64,000 bases of DNA, from NCBI GenBank assembly GCA_903926565.1, contig CAIYJU010000135.1:6751-70750 (forward strand), given 5' to 3'. This DNA is from an uncultured Bacteroidales bacterium. Its GTDB lineage: Bacteria > Bacteroidota > Bacteroidia > Bacteroidales > FEN-979. Both the position numbers and the translations under genes were made by a program. The notes under the pieces were generated by a model. It searched no databases. It was not told the origin of the DNA and saw only the letters and a program-made list of their open reading frames with translations. Of the stretch, positions 9,009 to 15,254 are shown one piece after another (the stretch's first letter is position 1; every line of letters starts with the position of its first letter).

Positions 9009-9944
9009 TTATTCAAACAGGCACATTTTCAACTTATTCAGAGCATCCAGCCCTTTTATCTCTTCTGCGAACCTTTGCACTTCAACTTTGTTTAAATGAC
9101 GAAAGGTTTCGTTGATGCCGGTTAAATAAGGCAATTGGCTGGCTTTGCTCCGCCTGCAGAATCCGCATTCATCCGAAACCATCACATTGTTTACAATGAG
9201 CTGTCGTGCAACGATACCAGAACTGGCAAGAATCGACAGCAATCTTTCTGTTTCCCTCATTGCCATTGCTTCCGGAATGCAAACCGGGATAAATTCACAC
9301 CGGGTTGCATCGCGCAGGATGTTTTCAATCCTTTTGACAGTCCTTTTCAGGCTGAGTAAAAGCACATCCACGTCATCATGCTGGTAGGATCCTGAAAAAC
9401 TGGTGATCATGTACCGGTATTTCCACCTCATTCTTGCAGCCACCTTGATCCAGTCGTCCAATAACTTCGGAGAAGATATCAACCTTAAGGCATGCCCGGT
9501 GGGTGCAGTATCCACAACATATTTATCGTATTCCCCCTGTTCCATGAAATCGGTGATGGTTTTAAAACTCATCACCTCGTCGATGCCGGGAATCGACAGG
9601 GCAAGCATCTCTTCAATATCCTGGTTATCAAGATTTGTTGAAGTTTCGAGCAACTTTTTCAGTTCAGCCTGATGCGCACTGATAAATACTGAAAGCGCCT
9701 CGTCGGCAAATACTTCAATCGCAGAGAGGTTGGGGCTGCCATCTACTTTAACTACCTGGAATCCAATTTTCTGACCAAGGCAATCCGACACGGAATGCGC
9801 CGGATCAGTTGAGATAAGCAATGTTTTAAAATTTTCAGCCAGTGACATGGCTGTGGCAACGGCACAACTGGTTTTTCCAACACCGCCTTTTCCGCCAAAA
9901 ATGAGAAGTTTCAGGTCGCTGTTATCTAAGCCCTTCAGTCCCAT
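9009..9944 (-). CDS. ArsA/Get3(TRC40)-family P-loop ATPase
   Basis: 311 aa. Deviant Walker A GGKGGVGKTS, STDPAHSVSD, switch II DTAPTGHALRL, and a Get3-style CxxC (SDECGFCRR). 4-nt gap to hsp20 and 9-nt gap to the cdc48-like gene. Confidence 0.85.
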   Translation of the reverse strand: MGLKGLDNSDLKLLIFGGKGGVGKTSCAVATAMSLAENFKTLLISTDPAHSVSDCLGQKIGFQVVKVDGSPNLSAIEVFADEALSVFISAHQAELKKLLETSTNLDNQDIEEMLALSIPGIDEVMSFKTITDFMEQGEYDKYVVDTAPTGHALRLISSPKLLDDWIKVAARMRWKYRYMITSFSGSYQHDDVDVLLLSLKRTVKRIENILRDATRCEFIPVCIPEAMAMRETERLLSILASSGIVARQLIVNNVMVSDECGFCRRSKASQLPYLTGINETFRHLNKVEVQRFAEEIKGLDALNKLKMCLFE

Positions 9945-9948
9945 TGCG

Positions 9949-10467
9949 CTATTTTTTTATCCTGATCTCAAGGATGCCGTTTGTAAATTTATGCCTTAGA
10001 TTTTTCCTTTCGGCTTTTTCAGGAAGCAGCACTTCCTTGCGGTATGACCTGCTTTTGTTGACTGCTGAAATTTCAAGGATATCTTCTTTCAAATCAATAA
10101 CAATGTCATTTTCCTCGATTCCCGGCATTTCTGCAATAATCACAAGTTCATTCTTTTCATTAAAGATGTCGGTAATGGGTTCCCGTTCTTCATCCACTTT
10201 GGGTCCCTCGGGTGTTTTTTTGATATTGCCGAAAGTTTCTACTTTCGGGCTTCCGCCAACTGCCGTGTTTATTGTAAAGCCATAGACACCTTTCATTCCT
10301 TTTTTGATGTGGTCAAAATTGAGCTCCCCTTCCTTTTTAATGCCACCCTTTTCATCGAGTTTCCCTGCAAGGTCAACAAGTTTCTCAATACCTTTGAACA
10401 GATCACCAAGTCCGAAAAATCCGGTATCGGCTTCGTCCTTTTTTTTATTATTCTTATCGTTGTCCAT
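9949..10467 (-). CDS. Hsp20/alpha-crystallin family small heat-shock protein (GvpH-position protein)
   Basis: 172 aa. C-terminal alpha-crystallin domain ELVIIAEMPGIEENDIVIDLKEDILEISA...RKEVLLPEKAE...KFTNGILEIRIKK. Confidence 0.8.
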   Translation of the reverse strand: MDNDKNNKKKDEADTGFFGLGDLFKGIEKLVDLAGKLDEKGGIKKEGELNFDHIKKGMKGVYGFTINTAVGGSPKVETFGNIKKTPEGPKVDEEREPITDIFNEKNELVIIAEMPGIEENDIVIDLKEDILEISAVNKSRSYRKEVLLPEKAERKNLRHKFTNGILEIRIKK

Positions 10468-10529
10468 TGTGAATCATGTTAATACGGTTTATAGAAAAAC
10501 TATTCCAGCCTCCGCCTGAACGGGGGAAG

Positions 10530-10829
10530 TTACTCCGGCCTGTTCATCGCCTCCAGTTTCTCCAGACGCGACACCAGCTCTTCCTGGTGCTGCATCAGCT
10601 CCTTCTCCCTGGCTTTTGTTGAAAGGTACGTATCTTCCTGCCACCAGTTGATCCCCATCTCCATCGCCTTGTCGACCGAAGCGATCAGCAACCTGATTTT
10701 GATGGTCAGCAGATCAATATCCGCTATCTGAATTTTTATATCTCCTGCAATTACGATTCCCTTGTCGAGGACTCTTTCAAGAATATCGGCAAGACCTGTC
10801 GCCTGAATGGAGTGGGTAGGTTCTGACAT
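10530..10829 (-). CDS. gvpJ: gas vesicle protein GvpJ (GvpA family with C-terminal extension)
   Basis: 99 aa. LADILERVLDKGIVIAGDIKIQIADIDLLTIKIRLLIASVDKAMEMGINWW is the GvpJ-type core. Confidence 0.85.
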   Translation of the reverse strand: MSEPTHSIQATGLADILERVLDKGIVIAGDIKIQIADIDLLTIKIRLLIASVDKAMEMGINWWQEDTYLSTKAREKELMQHQEELVSRLEKLEAMNRPE

Positions 10830-10839
10830 TGCATTTTTT

Positions 10840-11154
10840 TTAATAATCTATTGACATGGTCTTCCATGCTTTCTCATCATCCTTCTTTGGTTTTTTACTC
10901 TTTTCTGCAGGTTTGACGGAATGCATGTCCCCGGCTTTTTCATCATAATAGGCCTGGATCTCTTTCAGCCTGTCCTGGATGATTTCAAGTCTCAGTAAGA
11001 TCCGGACCTCTTCACTTTTCAGCCGGGTTCTCTCCTTTTCGAACATGTACAATTTTATAAAATCCGAATCTTCCTTGTTTGGAATACCCGATTTAACGAC
11101 ATTCTGCATGCTCTTGATGCTCTGAAGTCCCTTTAGTGCAGTTGATATTGGCAT
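10840..11154 (-). CDS. small coiled-coil protein directly downstream of gvpN (possible GvpV-position analog), function unknown
   Basis: 104 aa. Heptad-like central segment (LYMFEKERTRLKSEEVRILLRLEIIQDRLKEIQ) and a Lys-rich tail. Tightly packed in the operon. No family recognised with confidence. Confidence 0.55.
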   Translation of the reverse strand: MPISTALKGLQSIKSMQNVVKSGIPNKEDSDFIKLYMFEKERTRLKSEEVRILLRLEIIQDRLKEIQAYYDEKAGDMHSVKPAEKSKKPKKDDEKAWKTMSIDY

Positions 11155-11182
11155 GACATTGATTTTTTAATGCGGATGGATG

Positions 11183-12118
11183 TTATTGCGCAATTTTTAA
11201 ACTGGTGTATTGTTCTATCAGTTCGTTCACGATGAATTTCACCTTTTCCTGGTTGGTTTTTGAGCCAATCCTGCTGGTTTCTGACGTAAGAATATCCTGG
11301 CAGATTTTCCGGAACATATCTTTTGATTTCGAGGGTGTTGTTTTCAGGGTTGCCAGTGTTTTGGCAATCATGATGGAACCGCGGATGGTCGGATCGAATT
11401 CCGTTTTCCCTGATTCACGCAAACCTCTCACAATTTTAACGATAATTTCGGTATCCTTTAACGACAATTGCGATTTGGCCCTGGTAATCTGCAATTCGGT
11501 TTCATAGTCGAAATGGTCCAGGTCCATGGTCACCATGCGGTCGCGCAGTGCATCCTGCGTGCGGTTAACACCGGCATACTCTTCAGGGTTTGACGTAAAG
11601 ATGGCACGGAATTCAGGGTGTACCTTCATATAGTAATCCTCCTCCTTTGCTGCCGATGTGCTTAACATCCGCTCCTGAAGAATCGGAAGCAGGATATTGT
11701 TGGCCTCAGGACGTGAACGCGTAAATTCATCGTAGATCAGGGTGAACCCGTTTTTCACTGCGATGGTTAAACGGTTGTTCACCCATTGCTTGGTCATGTC
11801 CTCTTCATACTTATGAACAGAATGGATGAATTTGTCGTCAAGCTTTTTATATTTATACCCCTGTTCACTTCCGATCAAATCGGAAGTTTTATACTCGGCA
11901 TCACCATGGATAATGACAACAGGCCGGCCGATTTTACTTGCCAGGTGCATGGCTACCGTCGTTTTCCCGGTACCTGAAGGCCCCCTGAAATGAACCGGGA
12001 ATCCAGCCTGGATATACGTAAGGCCGCGGCTGGTGATGTCCCTTATGTAATCCGTTTCTACAAAATTGGACATCGGCTTCAGTTCAAGCACGGTATTCAT
12101 CTCATTGTTGTTGCTCAT
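11183..12118 (-). CDS. gvpN: gas vesicle protein GvpN (MoxR/CbbQ-like AAA+ ATPase)
   Basis: 311 aa. FVETDYIRDITSRGLTYIQAGFPVHFRGPSGTGKTTVAMHLA... and Walker B LIYDEFTRS are typical GvpN features. Confidence 0.9.
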   Translation of the reverse strand: MSNNNEMNTVLELKPMSNFVETDYIRDITSRGLTYIQAGFPVHFRGPSGTGKTTVAMHLASKIGRPVVIIHGDAEYKTSDLIGSEQGYKYKKLDDKFIHSVHKYEEDMTKQWVNNRLTIAVKNGFTLIYDEFTRSRPEANNILLPILQERMLSTSAAKEEDYYMKVHPEFRAIFTSNPEEYAGVNRTQDALRDRMVTMDLDHFDYETELQITRAKSQLSLKDTEIIVKIVRGLRESGKTEFDPTIRGSIMIAKTLATLKTTPSKSKDMFRKICQDILTSETSRIGSKTNQEKVKFIVNELIEQYTSLKIAQ

Positions 12119-12163
12119 TGTTGGTATAGTTTGTGCAAATGTGCTGGTTAATTTTGATTTGTA

Positions 12164-12343
12164 TTAAAAAGGCAGGTTCGGCAGCTGCTTCAGCGTCTCC
12201 TCCCAGATGGTCCTGGCTTCCTCAATCTCCTTTGTTATCTCTTCCCTTGCTGTCAGGAACGCGATCTTCCTTTCCCTGAACCTTTCCAGTGCAGCCTGCC
12301 GTTTGATCATGCTGTTCCTGATACCCGCTCCGACGTTTTTCAT
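12164..12343 (-). CDS. unlisted 59-aa ORF between the zinc-finger gene and gvpN (hypothetical)
   Basis: Below the ORF-track length cutoff. Hand translation: MKNVGAGIRNSMIKRQAALERFRERKIAFLTAREEITKEIEEARTIWEETLKQLPNLPF, stop TAA at 12166-12164. Same strand as the operon, 15 nt after the upstream stop and 45 nt before the gvpN ATG. Confidence 0.35.
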   Translation of the reverse strand: MKNVGAGIRNSMIKRQAALERFRERKIAFLTAREEITKEIEEARTIWEETLKQLPNLPF

Positions 12344-12358
12344 TTTCAGATACCCTGA

Positions 12359-12673
12359 TCAGGCGCCAAACCCTTTGCCTTTGCATTGCGTGCACGGCAG
12401 GTTATCTCCTGATTTGCCAGTCCCTTTGCATTTCAGGCACACATTGCTGCCGGCAACGTGATTGCTCCCTTTTCCGCTACACACAATACACGGCACCCTT
12501 GCTCCCAGCGGGTTTTTACCGGACCCGGCACAAAAAACGCATTTCATCAAGGGTTTCTCAACATTCACACGTCCGAGGCCATTGCATGCCAGGCAATGTG
12601 AGATTGAGGAAAGCAGGTCAAAAGGATCCTTGCCTGTGCCGCTGCAAAACGGGCAATTAAAAACTTCTATCAT
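12359..12673 (-). CDS. stand-alone DnaJ-type cysteine-rich zinc-finger protein (six CxxCxGxG repeats)
   Basis: 104 aa containing CPFCSGTG, CLACNGLG, CVFCAGSG, CIVCSGKG, CLKCKGTG and CTQCKGKG. This is the CxxCxGxG repeat of the DnaJ central domain, with no J-domain or C-terminal domains. Confidence 0.8.
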   Translation of the reverse strand: MIEVFNCPFCSGTGKDPFDLLSSISHCLACNGLGRVNVEKPLMKCVFCAGSGKNPLGARVPCIVCSGKGSNHVAGSNVCLKCKGTGKSGDNLPCTQCKGKGFGA

Positions 12674-12713
12674 GGGGCAAAATCATTTGGAAAATGAATG
12701 ACGAAGAACCGGG

Positions 12714-13922
12714 TTATTTCAACGGGAAGTAAATGTTGTCAATTTTCTGCACTTTACCCTCGTCGAGCAAACCTTTGGCGGTAAAGCCAAGTTTCATGCG
12801 TGTTTCTCCCAGTGGTGCTTCCATCTCCGAGATCTTTACGCCCTTGGGATGTTTATTAATAAAATCCAGCACCTTATCTTCAAGTTTCAGGGGCTCTTCC
12901 TTAAATGTGGCAAATGCAAGAACTTCCTGGGCCGGAACGGCACTTACTGCCTCAGCCGGGGCTGCCTTTGCAGGGGCTGCAGGGGCCTCTTTTTTCGCCT
13001 CCTGTTTTTCAGCTTTCTTCGGTGCCTGTTTGGGTGCGGGAACAACGCCAGTTTTCCTGATATGGTCCATCGCACTTTTCATTTTATTCCATTCGGCCGA
13101 TGCCTCAACCCGGTTTTGCAGCAGATCATCCAGCATTGCACCGGTTGATTTCTGTACATCCCTGACCTCTTTCCGGATATCTTTAATAGAGACATGAATG
13201 CCTTTCATGATTGCATTAAAATCGCTGATCCGTTCGTTTTCGCCTTTGGCAAGATCTTTTCTCAGTTTCTGGGCCATTTTCTGGTTTTCCCTGCCGATTT
13301 CCGACAATCTTTTCTGGAACCCGGAAAGCAGGGTCCTCGTGTACTCAACCCTTTCTCCAAGGTTCTTGGCAAGTTCCGCTCTCAGTTCTGCCGACATGTC
13401 CTGATGTTCCTTTTCAAACCGGTCGAGCATATCATTCGTATTCAGGAAAATTGCCGAAACTTCATCATTGATACTTTTGATATCAGCATTGATGTTTGTC
13501 ATGAGGGCATCAAACTCCTTCATACGTGTTTTTTCATTTTGCGCCCGTCCGGCTCTTTCTTCAGCAAAGGACTTCCCAAGTTCCTCAGCCATCTGCGACC
13601 GCTCAACGGTAAATTCATTGATCATGTTAAACGTGGAAGTTTGAATCGCCACTACTTCCTTCTGGATGGAGGCAATTGTTCCATGGATTCCTGTCATTAA
13701 TCCCTTGAAGTTGCCCAGCCGTTCTTTCTCCCCGCGGGCGAGGCCTTTTCTTAATGCAGCAGCATTTGCATTTAAAGCGGCAGCCATCTCCTGGTGGTCC
13801 TTGCGGAAACCGTCAAGCGTTATCTGCACATCGTTAACAAGTTCTTCATTTTCCCTGATGCGCTGCCTGAATGATGCAAGCAACTCTTCTGTCAGGTTCT
13901 TCATGTCTGATGCTAGTCCCAT
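12714..13922 (-). CDS. repeat-containing coiled-coil protein with Pro/Ala/Lys linker and small C-terminal globular (winged-helix-like?) domain; candidate non-canonical GvpC analog
   Basis: 402 aa. Internal repeats are visible by eye: RKGLARGEKERLGNFKGLMTGIHGTIASIQKEVVAIQTST vs RKDLAKGENERISDFNAIMKGIHVSIKDIRKEVRDVQKST vs RAQNEKTRMKEFDALMTNINADIKSINDEVSAIFLNT. Also FRKDHQEMAAAL vs FEKEHQDMSAEL. These are followed by APKQAPKKAEKQEAKKEAPAAPAKAAPAEA and a roughly 60-aa tail. Confidence 0.75.
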   Translation of the reverse strand: MGLASDMKNLTEELLASFRQRIRENEELVNDVQITLDGFRKDHQEMAAALNANAAALRKGLARGEKERLGNFKGLMTGIHGTIASIQKEVVAIQTSTFNMINEFTVERSQMAEELGKSFAEERAGRAQNEKTRMKEFDALMTNINADIKSINDEVSAIFLNTNDMLDRFEKEHQDMSAELRAELAKNLGERVEYTRTLLSGFQKRLSEIGRENQKMAQKLRKDLAKGENERISDFNAIMKGIHVSIKDIRKEVRDVQKSTGAMLDDLLQNRVEASAEWNKMKSAMDHIRKTGVVPAPKQAPKKAEKQEAKKEAPAAPAKAAPAEAVSAVPAQEVLAFATFKEEPLKLEDKVLDFINKHPKGVKISEMEAPLGETRMKLGFTAKGLLDEGKVQKIDNIYFPLK

Positions 13923-13964
13923 GTTGTTATCTCCTATTTTAGAATTATTGATATGTTACCTGAA

Positions 13965-14621
13965 TTAATTGATCTCCTTGATAATTTGATTTTTTATGCT
14001 TTTTATATCTTTTACCTGGATCTGATCGCCTTTTTCGAGCAAACTTTCCAGGCACTCCATCATCCTGCCGTGCATGTTCTGAAAATCCATGAAGGTCTTC
14101 ATTACTGTTTCCTTCCTCATTTCCTGTACTTTAGAAACCTGGGAAAGTTGCTCCTTGATGATGTTGATTTTTTCGGTGGCATCCTGCGATGTAATGTCCC
14201 TGATGCCGAGCAGGCTTAATTTAAGCGACTGGGCAGTCTCTTTCTGGGATTCGATAAATGAGAGGAACAAAATTTCAGCGGCCCGTTCTTTTTCGTCGAG
14301 CGCGCAAAGAATGCCTGACATCATCGAATAATAATCCTTTTTACGGAGGGATCCGTTTTTTGCCATAATTTCACAAATTCTGAAATTCAGGACTTCCCGC
14401 TCCTTTTTCAGATCGTTGAGAGAATTATGCACGTTGTCGAACAGGCAGTGCGATGATTCTGTAATATTTTCAGATGACTGGAAAGCTGTTTGAATTTTTT
14501 GAATGCGGGTTTCGTAGGAGGTTATGATGTTGTCAAAAAAACCATCGATGTTTAATTCGGGCAGTGGATTCATTCTTGGTAGTTTATTTGCAGGTTTTCG
14601 GGAAAGATGACTTTTTGACAT
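13965..14621 (-). CDS. coiled-coil protein, distant paralog of the 402-aa repeat protein; function unknown
   Basis: 218 aa. Shares motifs with the neighbour: TSYETRIQK vs ASFRQRIRE, and MAKNGSLRKKDYYSMMSGI vs LAKGENERISDFNAIMKGI. It is the first gene after gvpA. The start may instead be the Met at codon 17. Confidence 0.7.
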   Translation of the reverse strand: MSKSHLSRKPANKLPRMNPLPELNIDGFFDNIITSYETRIQKIQTAFQSSENITESSHCLFDNVHNSLNDLKKEREVLNFRICEIMAKNGSLRKKDYYSMMSGILCALDEKERAAEILFLSFIESQKETAQSLKLSLLGIRDITSQDATEKINIIKEQLSQVSKVQEMRKETVMKTFMDFQNMHGRMMECLESLLEKGDQIQVKDIKSIKNQIIKEIN

Positions 14622-14764
14622 TCCCTCATGATAATTATCGGGCCGGGGGTTGGTGTGATCGGGATACTGCAGGCGTGGAAAAAAGAAATTCTTGGTAACT
14701 CATGCTTTCGTGAATAATCAGGGAAGGATGTTTTAGCAAGAATAGCTGTTAATCTGAATGCAAA

Positions 14765-14968
14765 TTAAGCTGCTTTTGCAGTTAATCCGATGGCTTCAGC
14801 ATACTTCAGGTATGTTTCAACAGAGGCAACAACGATTCTTGCTTCAATTGCAAGCAATTCGATACCTACCAAAGAAACTCTTACCCATGCATCAACTACA
14901 ACACCTTTGTCAAGGATACGGTCGATAACTTCAACGAGGCTTGATGATCCGATAGTCTTTTCTACCAT
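14765..14968 (-). CDS. gvpA: major gas vesicle structural protein GvpA
   Basis: 67 aa. [55 protein letters not shown] is near-canonical GvpA. An SD-like GGAG sits about 9 nt upstream of the ATG, which is unusual for this window. Confidence 0.97.
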   Translation of the reverse strand: MVEKTIGSSSLVEVIDRILDKGVVVDAWVRVSLVGIELLAIEARIVVASVETYLKYAEAIGLTAKAA

Positions 14969-15144
14969 TTTTTTAATCTCCTATATTAAATAAAAAAAAC
15001 CGTGCTTTACATGAGGGACGGTTTACCTCTTGTGCCATGAGTATATACAAAGGGTGAGCCGTAAAAGAGATAATAACCAGGAAAACCCGTTTAAATGAGT
15101 TAAGCCCCTGAAGATGAAAACAAAAAAAAGTGATTTATTTTTTC

Positions 15145-15173
15145 AGAAAAAAATTACCACACGGAATGCGTGG
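15145..15173 (-). terminator. candidate intrinsic terminator downstream of the response-regulator gene
   Basis: The minus strand reads CCACGC-ATTCC-GTGTGG (6-bp stem with one G-U) followed by TAATTTTTTTCT. It lies about 80 nt after the stop at 15255. Confidence 0.35.
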
Positions 15174-15254
15174 AAATATCAGAACAGCCGGCAATATAAT
15201 CACGTGCTGTACGCGTTATCGCGTGAAACAAACAGCCTGTTTCCCTGTATAAGG

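Noticed and set aside
12207-12701. Plus-strand ORFs 12207..12461 and 12462..12701
   Set aside because: They lie opposite the zinc-finger gene and the 59-aa ORF. The translations are Leu/Ser/Pro-rich and typical of antisense frames.
14622-14764. Attenuator or terminator between gvpA and the next gene, as seen in some gvp operons
   Set aside because: I could not find a convincing stem-loop followed by a U-tract in the 143-nt spacer by eye. This needs an RNA-folding computation.
15032-15037. TGGCAC (minus strand) 69 nt upstream of gvpA as a sigma54 -24 element
   Set aside because: The position where the -12 TTGC should lie reads GTAA (TGGCACAAGAGGTAAA). A lone hexamer in 286 nt is weak evidence. 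It is kept only as a hypothesis inside the regulator finding, not called as a promoter.
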